A stretch of 64,000 nucleotides of DNA from an uncultured delta proteobacterium (lineage in GTDB: Bacteria; Myxococcota_A; Polyangia; Fen-1088). The DNA lies in contig CAVWIP010000016.1 of assembly GCA_963755125.1 (NCBI GenBank), forward strand, positions 151,604 through 215,603. The letters run 5' to 3'. A model generated the notes under the pieces. It made no database searches. It was given only the letters and a program-made list of their open reading frames with translations, and had not been told where the DNA came from. The position numbers and the translations under genes were made by a program. Positions 27,759-37,095 of this stretch are shown one piece after another (the first letter of the stretch is position 1; each line of letters opens with the position of its first letter).

Positions 27759-29341
27759 ACCGAATCGTGTGGCTGGCCGGGGTTGCGCTGGTGCTGGCAG
27801 CACCGTGCCCCGGCGTGGCCGAGGAGGTCGTCACGGCCGGAGACGCGGAAACCGTGGTCAGGCTGTACGACCAGTGGTACTTCGCGGATGCGGACCGGAT
27901 GCTGGCCGATCTGGAGCGGACGCATCCCGGCGAGGCCCACACGCTCTTCGCCGAGGGCTACCAGCGCTTCCTGAGCGGCGACTACCCGGCTGCCGTGGCC
28001 TTGCTGAAGGCCGCGGGCGCCCGGATGCCGGTCAAGGAGTTGCTGTCCCTGGCCGAGGGTGCACAGAAGAGTATCGCGGGTCATCAGGAACGGCGCTCGG
28101 TACATTTCGTGATTCGCTTTCCCCCGGAAGATGCGGTCATTGCCGACTACGCTCTGGATGCGCTGGAAGCCGCCGCCGCGGCTTTACGGACCGACCTGGG
28201 CTTTGTCCCGTCCCGCCCGATACCGGTGGACATCCTGCGCAGCCCGGACGACCTGGCGCTGGTCACGGCGCTCAGCACCGACGAGGTGGAGCGTACCGGC
28301 ACCATCGCGGTGTCCAAATGGGGCCGCATTATGCTGTCCACTCCGCGCGCCATGCGGCTCGGCTACGACTGGCTGGACAGCCTGTCGCACGAGCTGGTCC
28401 ACTACGCGGTGGCCAGCGCGACCCACGACCGGGCGCCGGTGTGGCTGCAAGAAGGCTTGGCCAAGTTTCTCGAACACCGCTGGCGCGATCCGCCTGGCCT
28501 GGCGCTCACGCCATCGCTGCAACACCTGCTGGCCAAGGGGCTGGCCACCCACAAGCTGATCAGCTTCGATGCCATGCACCCATCCATGGCCAAGTTGCCG
28601 CGCGCCGAGGACGCGTCGCTGGCCTTCGCCGAGGTGACCACCGCCATCGGGCTGCTCTACTCGACCTCAGGCGTGTCGGCCCTGCGCAACGTGCTTACCA
28701 TGATCGCCGACGGCGCCGACGCGCGCATGGCCGTGGCGCGCGCCTACGGGGGTAGCGGGAGCTGGGCTGACTTCGAGAAGGCGTGGCGGGCCTTCATGGT
28801 CGCGCAGCACTACAAGATCATTCCCGGCTTCGAGGCATTGTCGCCCAAGTACCGCAAAGACAGCGCCATTGCTGCCCGCCGGGCGCCGGTGGAGGACGAG
28901 GCCAGCCCGGAGCGGGCCGGCGCCGAGCGCTTCCTGCGCCTGGGGAACATGCTGCTTCAGCGCGGACGCGTGCGGGCCGCCAGCGCCGAGTACGAAAAAG
29001 GCGCCAAGGAAGCGGGCCCGGCCTACTGGCTGTTCTCAGTCAAGCTGGGTCGCAGCTACCTGGCCATGGGCCTGGCCGACCGAGCCTTGCAAGCCGTGGC
29101 GTCTGCGCAGGCGCTCTACCCCGAGGTGCCCTGGCCCCACCTCATCGCCGGGCAAGCGCTCCTGGCCAAGGGAGACGCGGCTGGCGCCGTGCCGCCGTTG
29201 CTGGCATCGCTGGCCGCCAATCCCTTTGACCCGAGCGTGCACTGCAGCCTGGCCGAGGCCTACAAGAAGTTGCCCGCCGACGCCGCGACCACCAGCAAAC
29301 GCCAGCGAGCGGAACGCGACTGCCGGGCGCTGGGGCGGTAG
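27755..29341 (+). CDS. Secreted peptidase MA-like (gluzincin) metalloprotease with TPR repeats
   Basis: HELVH...PVWLQEGLA motif, signal peptide, C-terminal TPR pattern; ATGA overlap with DUF4175-like gene. Confidence 0.78.
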   Translation: MNRIVWLAGVALVLAAPCPGVAEEVVTAGDAETVVRLYDQWYFADADRMLADLERTHPGEAHTLFAEGYQRFLSGDYPAAVALLKAAGARMPVKELLSLAEGAQKSIAGHQERRSVHFVIRFPPEDAVIADYALDALEAAAAALRTDLGFVPSRPIPVDILRSPDDLALVTALSTDEVERTGTIAVSKWGRIMLSTPRAMRLGYDWLDSLSHELVHYAVASATHDRAPVWLQEGLAKFLEHRWRDPPGLALTPSLQHLLAKGLATHKLISFDAMHPSMAKLPRAEDASLAFAEVTTAIGLLYSTSGVSALRNVLTMIADGADARMAVARAYGGSGSWADFEKAWRAFMVAQHYKIIPGFEALSPKYRKDSAIAARRAPVEDEASPERAGAERFLRLGNMLLQRGRVRAASAEYEKGAKEAGPAYWLFSVKLGRSYLAMGLADRALQAVASAQALYPEVPWPHLIAGQALLAKGDAAGAVPPLLASLAANPFDPSVHCSLAEAYKKLPADAATTSKRQRAERDCRALGR

Positions 29342-29549
29342 CATTCGGGGCTACGTCGGCGTGCGTGGCGGCGCAAGGGTTCTCCAATGCAGAAGAGCTC
29401 TGCCCGAAAGGACCATGCACGCCACAGCTTGAATCGTCGGGGGACATCGCTTGCGGAATCGGAGATAATGAATAGCCTGTGCCTTGGGGACTTCGGAATG
29501 TCCGTTTGATGAGGAAGCTGCAATGCGAAGGATGAAAGCCAAGGATGGC

Positions 29550-30296
29550 ATGAAAGCTGCGATTCAAAACCGGACCGACCGAAGGGTTGTGGAGATTCTC
29601 GGCGAGTTGCATGCCATGGGTTGCGAGAAAAACCGGGCAGGCATGGCTCGCTACGGAATCAACGTCCAAGACGCGTTCGGTGTGTCCGTGTACGAACTGC
29701 GCAAGGTTGCCAAGCGGCTGGGCACCGACCATGGGTTGGCGCTCGCGCTATGGGCGACGGGAAACCACGAAGCACGCCTGCTGGCTTGCTTCGTCGACGA
29801 TCCGGCACTGGTCAGCGCCCGGCAGATGGAAACGTGGGCCCGCGATTTCGACTCGTGGGACGTCTGCGATCAGGCGACGACCAGCCTCTTCGACCTGACC
29901 GAGCACGCGTGGTCGAAGGCAGTGGCGTGGGCCACCCGTGAGCAGGAGTGGGTCAAGCGCGCCGGCTTCGCCCTGATGGCGGGATTGGCCGTGCACGACA
30001 AATCGGCCGGCAATCGCGCCTTCCTGACGCTGCTGCCGGTGATCGAGCGCGGCGCTGCCGACCCGCGCAACTTCGTGAAGAAGGCGGTCAACTGGGCTCT
30101 GCGCAACCTCGGCAAACGCAACCGGACTCTCAATGTCGCCGCCATCGCCTGCGCCGAGCGGATCCGCGCCGCGGCCAACCGGCGAGCCGGTGGGGACCAC
30201 GGCGGTGACCTGCAAGCCCGCAGTGCCCGCTGGGTCGCCGCCGACGCGCTTCGCGAGCTTGCGTCCGCCAAGGTTCAGGCGCGCATCAGGGACTGA
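29550..30296 (+). CDS. DNA alkylation repair protein (AlkD-like HEAT fold)
   Basis: GMARYGI, LALALW.TG.HEAR.LA, FDSWDVCD, D.RNFVKKAVNWALR; start uncertain (29523/29532/29550). Confidence 0.85.
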   Translation: MKAAIQNRTDRRVVEILGELHAMGCEKNRAGMARYGINVQDAFGVSVYELRKVAKRLGTDHGLALALWATGNHEARLLACFVDDPALVSARQMETWARDFDSWDVCDQATTSLFDLTEHAWSKAVAWATREQEWVKRAGFALMAGLAVHDKSAGNRAFLTLLPVIERGAADPRNFVKKAVNWALRNLGKRNRTLNVAAIACAERIRAAANRRAGGDHGGDLQARSARWVAADALRELASAKVQARIRD

Positions 30297-30336
30297 CCGC
30301 AACCGGCTGTCGCGCAGACTTCTTTGCCGGACCGGA

Positions 30337-31002
30337 TCACTCTCCGAGGTGGCGCTCACCTCGCCAGCCAGCCTCGAATCCGAAATCATGGGTCACAACG
30401 ACCGCGTCGCCCCCTGGCGGCTTGGGAAATTCCCAGCCCCGAAATGCTTTGACGACGCATTTCTCTACGCGGACATCCTTCAGTCTGGAATCCTGCAATT
30501 CCGACTTGATGACCTTTCCAGCGGGCGAAATGGTGAACTGCACCGTGACCCGACCAGAAAGCTCGGGCTTCTTCTTCAGCGCGGGCAGGTAGCAGGCCCG
30601 CAACTCGTCGAGGTGGCCACGAAGGGTGCGACGGACAACTAGCTTGTCGAGCGAACCGCGCACGAGCACCGGACCGGGAATGACATCCGGATCTCGCTTC
30701 GACCTCCCGTTCTCTGCAGACGCTGGCGCATCAGAATCCACGGTCGTTGGGGCCTGTTCATCCTCGGAGCCCGTGGAAGATGTCACGGCTGGAGTCAGCA
30801 CTTGAGTCTCCACCTGCGCGGGCGCCGGTTGGGGCAGCGCACGCGACGGCGGAGGCGCAGCCGCAGCCACCGGCTCTGGCTCGCTGGGTTGGCCACGCGA
30901 TGACGCGCATCCAGACGGGAGAACCAGTAACTGGCCCACCAACACCGCAGACGTAAGACCGACCAAGGTGCGAAAAAACAATGAACGCGAATGAACCGGC
31001 AT
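30337..31002 (-). CDS. Lipoprotein-like protein with AgmX/PglI (TonB-like) C-terminal domain
   Basis: GSLDK.VVRR....H..ELRACY..AL...P.LSGRV.V.FTI...G.V, VEKCV......W.FP.P.GG. Confidence 0.75.
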   Translation of the reverse strand: MPVHSRSLFFRTLVGLTSAVLVGQLLVLPSGCASSRGQPSEPEPVAAAAPPPSRALPQPAPAQVETQVLTPAVTSSTGSEDEQAPTTVDSDAPASAENGRSKRDPDVIPGPVLVRGSLDKLVVRRTLRGHLDELRACYLPALKKKPELSGRVTVQFTISPAGKVIKSELQDSRLKDVRVEKCVVKAFRGWEFPKPPGGDAVVVTHDFGFEAGWRGERHLGE

Positions 31003-31086
31003 GTCCGCACTGTCTCACGTCGGCAGAGCGCTTACCAAGACCACAGTGCGCAGGCAGGCGGGCAGACTGAAGATATGTGCGTGCCG

Positions 31087-32040
31087 CTAGCCGGGTGGCA
31101 CCGGCGGTAGCAGCGGGTCACCTTCGCTAGGGGCGAGCAAAAAGGAGGCTCGGGCCTGGTGCAAGATCTTCGGCGTCACGCTGGCGGACCAGAACGCCTG
31201 CGTGGCGGACAGGGCGTGCGTCCCGAGGACGATCAAATCGGAGTGCATCTCCCGCGCGGTGGCGAGCAGGCCTTCGGCGGGATCGACGCGCATGACCCGG
31301 CCCGAGGCGAAGACACCGATTTCCTGCAATTCGCGGACGTGGACCGCCAGGTGGCGAGCGGCTTCTTGCTCGGCGAGGCGCAGGACTTCTTCCGTGGCCC
31401 TGGGCAGGAAGGCAGCGCTGCCGGAATCCTTGCCCTTGAGCGCACCGGAAGGCGGGACGGCCGTGAACAGAAGCATCGGGATCTTGAGGTGCAGCGCCAG
31501 TTGCGCCGCGGGCTGCAGGCCCTGCTCGTGTTCGTCGGCGCCGTCCATGGGCACGAGAATATGGTGAAACGGGTAGTCCACCTGGCCGCGTTCGTCGGGC
31601 TGAACCAGCAGCACGGGCACGCGGTTCCTGCCCGGCGAGCCATGTTTGAGCGCGTGCAGAAACTGCTGGGCCAGGTTGCCGCGAAGGCGATCCTTCCACC
31701 ATTGCTTTCCGTGGGCGCACATCACGACGAGATCGGGGTGAAATTCCCGCGCGTGCAGCGCGAGGCTCTCGGCCACGTCGCCTACGGCCTCGTCGTGGAC
31801 GTGCCAGTCGACCCCGGGCAGCGAAGGAAACTCGCGCGCGACCAGGGCGCGCAGATAGGCCTCGGCGGACGCCTTGTTTTGCAGATGCGCTTGCCCGTGT
31901 CTGGCTTTCGGGGCCGAACGCTCGATCACGTGCAGGACCGTAATGCGGGCGCCGCTGCCTTGAGCCAGGCCGCGTGCCACCGGGATTACCCGTTCGGCCA
32001 TCGCGGTCCCGTCGAGCGGCAAGAGCAGGTGTTTGAACAT
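31087..32040 (-). CDS. Tandem-domain universal stress protein
   Basis: MFKHLLLPLDG, DLVVMCAHG, HILVPMDG, DLIVLGTH; ATG at 32040 directly after mntH. Confidence 0.85.
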   Translation of the reverse strand: MFKHLLLPLDGTAMAERVIPVARGLAQGSGARITVLHVIERSAPKARHGQAHLQNKASAEAYLRALVAREFPSLPGVDWHVHDEAVGDVAESLALHAREFHPDLVVMCAHGKQWWKDRLRGNLAQQFLHALKHGSPGRNRVPVLLVQPDERGQVDYPFHHILVPMDGADEHEQGLQPAAQLALHLKIPMLLFTAVPPSGALKGKDSGSAAFLPRATEEVLRLAEQEAARHLAVHVRELQEIGVFASGRVMRVDPAEGLLATAREMHSDLIVLGTHALSATQAFWSASVTPKILHQARASFLLAPSEGDPLLPPVPPG

Positions 32041-32045
32041 GGCGG

Positions 32046-33359
32046 TCAGCTCCCGAAGAAAGTTTCCCACAGCAGGTACACGTTCAAGCCCAGGATCAGC
32101 GCAGCGATCGCAGCCGCAACAGCCGTGGTCAGGGGCCGGTTGACCAGCTCGCCCATCAAGCGCTTGCGGCTCGAGAACGCCACCAGTGGAACGATGGCGA
32201 AAGGCAGGGCAAAGCTCAGCACGACCTGGCTCACCACCAAGGTCCGGGTCGGGTCGAACCCCAGCCAGATGACCAGCAGCGCGGGCGCCATGGTGACCAG
32301 GCGCCGAACCCAGAGCGGGATGCGAAATTCCAGGAAGCCCTGCATGACGATCTGGCCGGCCATGGTGCCCACAGCCGAACTCGACAGGCCCGAAGCCAGC
32401 AGTGCAACCGCAAACAGCGTACCCGCAGCCGATCCCAAGAGAGGCTGGAGCGTCAGGTGCGCCTTCTCGATCGCGTCCACGTTGACCAGGCCGCGCGCGT
32501 GGAATGCACACGCGGCCATGATCAGCATCGCGCCATTGATGGCGCCTGCCACCCCCATGGCCAGAACCACGTCCAGCGTCTCGTAGCGGAGCAGGCGCTG
32601 CTTCTCGTCGAGCCCCAATGCGATGATGCGGCCCTGGGTCAGCGCAGAGTGCAGGAAGATCACGTGCGGCATCACGGTGGCGCCCAGGATGCCGGAAGCA
32701 AGCAGGAGGCCCGACTTGCCGCCGAAGGCGGGGACCACGGAGTGAAACGCCACCTGCTTCCAGTCGGGCCGGGCCAGGAAGAGCTCTGCCAGATACGAGG
32801 CTGCAATGGCGGCGACCAGCAGCGTGATGACCAGTTCCAAGCGGCGGAATCCGTAGCGTTCCAAGCTCAAGAGCAGAAAGGTGACGACTGCGGTAAGAAG
32901 GCCGGCAATCCCGAGCGACAAGCCGAACAGGAGATGGAACCCCAGGGCCGCGCCCAGGAATTCCGCCAGATCGGTGGCCATGGCCACGATCTCCATCACC
33001 CCCCACAGCAAGAAACACAGCCCCCGCGGGAGGCTCAACCGGCACTGTTCCGCGAGGTTGCGCCCGGTGGCGATGCCCAGCTTGGCCGACAACATCTGGA
33101 TCACCATCGCCATCAAGTTGCTGGTGACGACCACCCAAAGCAGCGTATAGCCGAGTTGCGAGCCGCTTTGCAGATTGGTGGCGAAGTTTCCCGGATCGAC
33201 GTACGCCACCGATGCGATGATGGCTGGTCCCAGAAACGGCAGCACGCGCGCCAGTCCGCGCCGCCGGCCGGTGCCCGAAAGCACCTCGATGGCCGCAGCC
33301 ACCGTGGCGCGATCGCCCGGCGGGCCAATCTGCAGCGGCGCTTCCGATGAAATCAGCAA
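32046..33359 (-). CDS. mntH: Nramp-family divalent metal (Mn2+) transporter MntH
   Basis: AYVDPGNFATN, ATDLAEFLG, LGATVMPH.IFLHS, SQVVLSFALPFA; start codon (TTG 33359) uncertain. Confidence 0.92.
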   Translation of the reverse strand: MLISSEAPLQIGPPGDRATVAAAIEVLSGTGRRRGLARVLPFLGPAIIASVAYVDPGNFATNLQSGSQLGYTLLWVVVTSNLMAMVIQMLSAKLGIATGRNLAEQCRLSLPRGLCFLLWGVMEIVAMATDLAEFLGAALGFHLLFGLSLGIAGLLTAVVTFLLLSLERYGFRRLELVITLLVAAIAASYLAELFLARPDWKQVAFHSVVPAFGGKSGLLLASGILGATVMPHVIFLHSALTQGRIIALGLDEKQRLLRYETLDVVLAMGVAGAINGAMLIMAACAFHARGLVNVDAIEKAHLTLQPLLGSAAGTLFAVALLASGLSSSAVGTMAGQIVMQGFLEFRIPLWVRRLVTMAPALLVIWLGFDPTRTLVVSQVVLSFALPFAIVPLVAFSSRKRLMGELVNRPLTTAVAAAIAALILGLNVYLLWETFFGS

Positions 33360-33477
33360 AGCATCCGTGATTATAGCCCGGCTCGTATCGCGATCAGATT
33401 GAAGGCGCAAAGAGACCCAATCCCCGGTGCCGATCCGCGCCAGGCGGCGACGGCAATGACCGCCCTCGATGGTCCGG

Positions 33478-34245
33478 TCAACCTGTGCCCCGCAGCCGTG
33501 CCAACCGGTTCGCTGCCTCGGCCATGCGGCCCGGCTCGCCCACACGCTCCGCGCGCCAGAGCAGGTTGTGCGGCGTCACCGTGGGTGCCACGAAGCTGAC
33601 CACGGTGGTCTGCCAACCCGCGGCCTCCAGGCGCAGGGTACGCTCGGCGTCGACAATCGACTGGATGAAGCGGCGTCGCACCTCTGCGTGGCGGGGCATG
33701 CCCAATTGCTCCGCGCGCCGCTCGGCCAGGGCAGCAGCCGATACCTCTTTCGAGGTGCAACAGGGCACCAGCAGCAATGAGCGTGCCCGCACCGCCAGCG
33801 ACCGTTCGATGATTACGTCCGACGCTTGACCGCAGGCGTGCAGCGCGACCACGACATCCGGCTCGCCTGGCCAGGCCGCCGAGTCCCCGACGTCCGCCAT
33901 CACCACCTCGACGGCTACACCGGGCGCCCGCAGGCGCGGGATGGCGTCGCGACAGGCAGCCACGCGCGCCGGCTCGCGCTCGATCACGCACACGCGCGCT
34001 GGCCGCCCGACGGGCGCCAGGATCAACTCCGCCGCCAGGAAGCCCACCGTGGCCTTGCCCGCGGCCGCGTCGACCAAGACCAGCTCGCCCTTTGCCGCCC
34101 GACGGGCCACTGCCCCCGCCACCTCGGTGAGCAGGCCCGCCATCTCGTCTGACTTGCGCCGATCCTCGTCACGCAGGCTGGTCGCAGGCGCGTCGATGAA
34201 GAGGCGGTGCAGCAGCTCGTCGATCTGGGCGCGGGAAAAGGTCAT
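33478..34245 (-). CDS. SAM-dependent methyltransferase (Methyltransf_32-like)
   Basis: LVDAAAGK, VVALHACG.ASD, LLVPCC, VTPHN motifs. Confidence 0.75.
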   Translation of the reverse strand: MTFSRAQIDELLHRLFIDAPATSLRDEDRRKSDEMAGLLTEVAGAVARRAAKGELVLVDAAAGKATVGFLAAELILAPVGRPARVCVIEREPARVAACRDAIPRLRAPGVAVEVVMADVGDSAAWPGEPDVVVALHACGQASDVIIERSLAVRARSLLLVPCCTSKEVSAAALAERRAEQLGMPRHAEVRRRFIQSIVDAERTLRLEAAGWQTTVVSFVAPTVTPHNLLWRAERVGEPGRMAEAANRLARLRGTG

Positions 34246-34284
34246 GGGGTGCGGTGCAGAGATGACCACGCCATCGCGGGCCGC

Positions 34285-34464
34285 CTATTGCTTCGAGCCG
34301 GGGGTGTAGAATTTCACGTCGGGAGTGATCCATCCCGAGTATTCGCTGAAGTTATACAAGTGGTACTGCTGCGGGATGCTGCGCCGGATCGGTGGGGCGG
34401 TCAAATCGCAGTCGCCATTCGAGTAGATCCAGAGCTCCGGGCAAGACGAGCCAATCCGACGCAC
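34285..34464 (-). pseudogene. Small ORF or C-terminal gene remnant (~59 aa)
   Basis: GC3-biased codons for ELWIYSNGDCDLTAPPIRRSIPQQYHLYNFSEYSGWITPDVKFYTPG; upstream part looks non-coding. Confidence 0.4.
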
Positions 34465-34565
34465 GCCCTCTTCGAGTTTTCTCCGTCGAGGCGACCTAAC
34501 GGGCTCCCGGAAGCACGATTGCAGGCTTGGACACGGCGCCCTCGCTCGCCAGCGCACCGTCGTCC

Positions 34566-35105
34566 CTACTCTGGTTCGGGAATATTGGGCGGGTTGGGCG
34601 GGTGGTGCAGCAGGTGGCGGTCGACGTCGGCTGCAAAGTCATTGCCTGGATATTTCTTGACCATGGCCCTGGCTTCTTCCTTGGCCTCTTTGTAGTGCTC
34701 CATGTTGGCCAGGGCTTTGACGACGTTCCATTCGAACTCAGGCGCGTTGGGGCTGTCGGGAAAGCGAGCAACCGCCTCTCTCGCCAATTGCAGCGAAAGA
34801 GGTGGGTCGGACGCCGCCAGGTCGTGCAGCTTCGTCATCAGCGAAGCCTCATCCAGGCGCACTCCAGCGTCCTTCTCCGTGGCTTGCCGATGCGTTGGCG
34901 GGGCGACTGGGGAAGGGGCCGGAAGCGGGGAAGGCTTCGCCGGCGGCGCGTCGAGCCTCGGAGCCGGTGGGGTGGTTGCAACTATTTCGTGCTCCTCGAT
35001 CGGCGCCGGTCGAGGGCGCCTGTTCCTCAGGGCAAAGGCGCCAAGGATCACAGCCAGCGCAATGACGCCGAGGACTCCGACGACCACGATTGCAGGCTTG
35101 GACAT
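34566..35105 (-). CDS. Membrane-anchored Pro-rich protein with C-terminal TPR-like (outer-membrane-assembly/YbgF-like) helical domain
   Basis: MSKPAIV TM helix, Pro-rich linker, RFPDSP.A, KYPG..FA repeats. Confidence 0.65.
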   Translation of the reverse strand: MSKPAIVVVGVLGVIALAVILGAFALRNRRPRPAPIEEHEIVATTPPAPRLDAPPAKPSPLPAPSPVAPPTHRQATEKDAGVRLDEASLMTKLHDLAASDPPLSLQLAREAVARFPDSPNAPEFEWNVVKALANMEHYKEAKEEARAMVKKYPGNDFAADVDRHLLHHPPNPPNIPEPE

Positions 35106-35179
35106 GGCTTTCAAGACCGACGCACTGACCCTACTTCGGTGATCGAGCAAAGACAACCGCGACAGCGCGGGCCCTGGTT

Positions 35180-36874
35180 CTACTTCAGACTCGGTATGAG
35201 GTCGCGAGTTATGGTGTGGGCGTCCGAGTAGACGCTCTTGATATTCGCCACGGTGTTGTTCGATGTCTCGTAGCCTGCCCAGATATTGAAGAGTATCCAA
35301 GGTGCCGCGGTCGGGAACATGGCGCTCGGAGTTGGAATCAACCCGGTCTCATGCAGGGCGATGGGAATGGTACTGCCCATGATACCTTTACAAGTGCTGT
35401 AGAGCGATGTGAACGGTTGATTCGTACCGTAGGTATCACCGCCCGAGACGTCGACGTATTGCTTGCCCGGGTAAAAGGCGGCACTCGGCGAGCCGCTGAA
35501 GGGCATAAGCCAGATGATATTGGTGAGGCCCTTGGTCTTGGTCAGATAGTTAAACGCATATGTCCACAGTGCGACAAATTGTGCGCCCGTATCGCCAATG
35601 GACCACCAGAACCACCCGTTTTGTTGCGTCTCGTGAAAGAGCGCCAATATTATCGGCACGTTGGCGGTTTGCATGGCCCCTATCTGAGCGGCCACGTAGT
35701 CCAACCTGTTGAGGAAGGCAGTGTTCTCCCCGGTTCCCGCCGTTATCACGTTGGTGAAAAAGCCGGCCGCGGGAGTAGACTCGGCACAGTTAGTACCGTC
35801 GTAGCAGTCGTTCGCGCAGGTTGAACCAGCTACCGGCTGGCCCATGTGGTAGCGGAACATCGTCAGTCCACCCGCGTTCCAATAGGCAATGCCCCGGGTC
35901 GTGGAAGAAGTGACGGCCGTGCAGGAATCGCCATCGCGATAAAGGAAATCGCTCCCAAGAATCGCCGGATATTTGCCGATGTTGGTGTTGTACCAACTGA
36001 TGTCGGTCGGGTTAGCGTTCCAGTTGGCTTCCTGCTGTCCCGACAAGACGTGGGTGCCGTACTCGCTATACAAGTAGCACAGCAAGTTCTTTGCCTGGGT
36101 CGAGGCATTGGGACTGACGGGCAGGACATCGCACGGGCTCGCGCCGCCAGTTGGAGTCGTGCCGCCCGTCGCGGTCGTGCCGCCCGTCGGTGTCGATCCG
36201 CCTTCCGAGGTCGTGCCGCCCCTCGGTGTCGAACCGCCCGTCGGCGTCGATCCGCCTTCCGAGGTCGTGCCGCCCGTCGGCGTCGATCCGCCTTCCGAGG
36301 TCGTGCCGCCCGTCGGCGTCGATCCGCCTTCCGAGGTCGTGCCGCCCGTCGGCGTCGATCCGCCTTCCGAGGTCGTGCCGCCCCTCGGTGTCGAACCGCC
36401 CGTCGGCGTCGAGGTGCCCACCGAGGTCGAACCGCCCGTCGGCGTCGAAGTGCCTACCGAAGTCGAACCGCCCGTCGGCGTCGAGGTGCCCACCGAGGTC
36501 GAACCGCCCGTCGGCGTCGAAGTGCCCACCGAAGTCGAACCGCCCATCGGCGTCGAAGTGCCTACCGAAGTCGAACCGCCCGTCGGCGTCGAGGTCCCCA
36601 CCGAGGTCGAACCGCCCGTCGGCGTCGAAGTGCCCACCGAAGTCGAACCGCCCGTCCGCGTCGAAGTGCCTACCGGTGTCGAACCGCCCGTCCGCGTCGT
36701 ACCGCCGGTTGCGCTGGCGATGGTGGTTGTCCCTGCCGTGCTCCCGGTCATCGTTGAGCCACCGGATCCACTCGGACTGGTGTTGGTCCCAGAACCCGAA
36801 GTTCCGCTGTCCGAGCAGCCAACGAGAGCGGCCAGCGAAGTGGCGAGGGTTAGGGAGAGTATCTTCTTGTTCAT
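35180..36874 (-). CDS. Glycoside hydrolase family 26 (mannanase-like) lipoprotein with Gly/Ser/Thr repeat stalk
   Basis: Lipobox LVGC; LSGQQE, YPAILGSD, FHE...GWFWW (acid/base), FYPG..YVDV, IALHETG (nucleophile); GGAGG RBS. Confidence 0.88.
   Translation of the reverse strand: MNKKILSLTLATSLAALVGCSDSGTSGSGTNTSPSGSGGSTMTGSTAGTTTIASATGGTTRTGGSTPVGTSTRTGGSTSVGTSTPTGGSTSVGTSTPTGGSTSVGTSTPMGGSTSVGTSTPTGGSTSVGTSTPTGGSTSVGTSTPTGGSTSVGTSTPTGGSTPRGGTTSEGGSTPTGGTTSEGGSTPTGGTTSEGGSTPTGGTTSEGGSTPTGGSTPRGGTTSEGGSTPTGGTTATGGTTPTGGASPCDVLPVSPNASTQAKNLLCYLYSEYGTHVLSGQQEANWNANPTDISWYNTNIGKYPAILGSDFLYRDGDSCTAVTSSTTRGIAYWNAGGLTMFRYHMGQPVAGSTCANDCYDGTNCAESTPAAGFFTNVITAGTGENTAFLNRLDYVAAQIGAMQTANVPIILALFHETQQNGWFWWSIGDTGAQFVALWTYAFNYLTKTKGLTNIIWLMPFSGSPSAAFYPGKQYVDVSGGDTYGTNQPFTSLYSTCKGIMGSTIPIALHETGLIPTPSAMFPTAAPWILFNIWAGYETSNNTVANIKSVYSDAHTITRDLIPSLK
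36143..36708 (-). repeat. Coding tandem repeat: 36-bp units built from 18-bp subunits
   Basis: 7x GGSTSVGTSTP(T/M) plus one variant, then 5x GGTTSEGGSTPT interrupted by GGSTPR. Confidence 0.92.
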
Positions 36875-37095
36875 GCGACGCCTCCAAATCAGATGAGCGA
36901 ATGGGCAACCGACGGAGATTGTTCTGGTGCTGCCGTGCTAAGGGGTCAGCATCCCGGCAAGCTTCACAAATTCGTCGCCCGAGCCTCAGCCTCGGAACTC
37001 GCCGTCTGGTCGCCCAAGCGTGAACAGACCAGAGGCTCCGGGCGCCATTCCGCGACCCGACTCCGCGCTGCCTCCTATGCGGGGAGAACGCTGGG

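Noticed and set aside
29505..29540. Hammerhead-like ttgatgag...gaaa
   Set aside because: Core is TTGATGA rather than CTGATGA and stems I-III cannot be formed
31087..33138. 683-aa ORF suggesting an extended USP or MntH-USP fusion
   Set aside because: Upstream part is an alternative frame of mntH; mntH has its own stop at 32046 and the USP starts at ATG 32040
33376..33477. Manganese riboswitch or MntR box upstream of mntH
   Set aside because: No yybP-ykoY consensus or AT-rich palindrome recognisable
36143..36708. 36-bp periodic array resembling CRISPR
   Set aside because: No unique spacers, in frame within a CDS, no cas genes in the window
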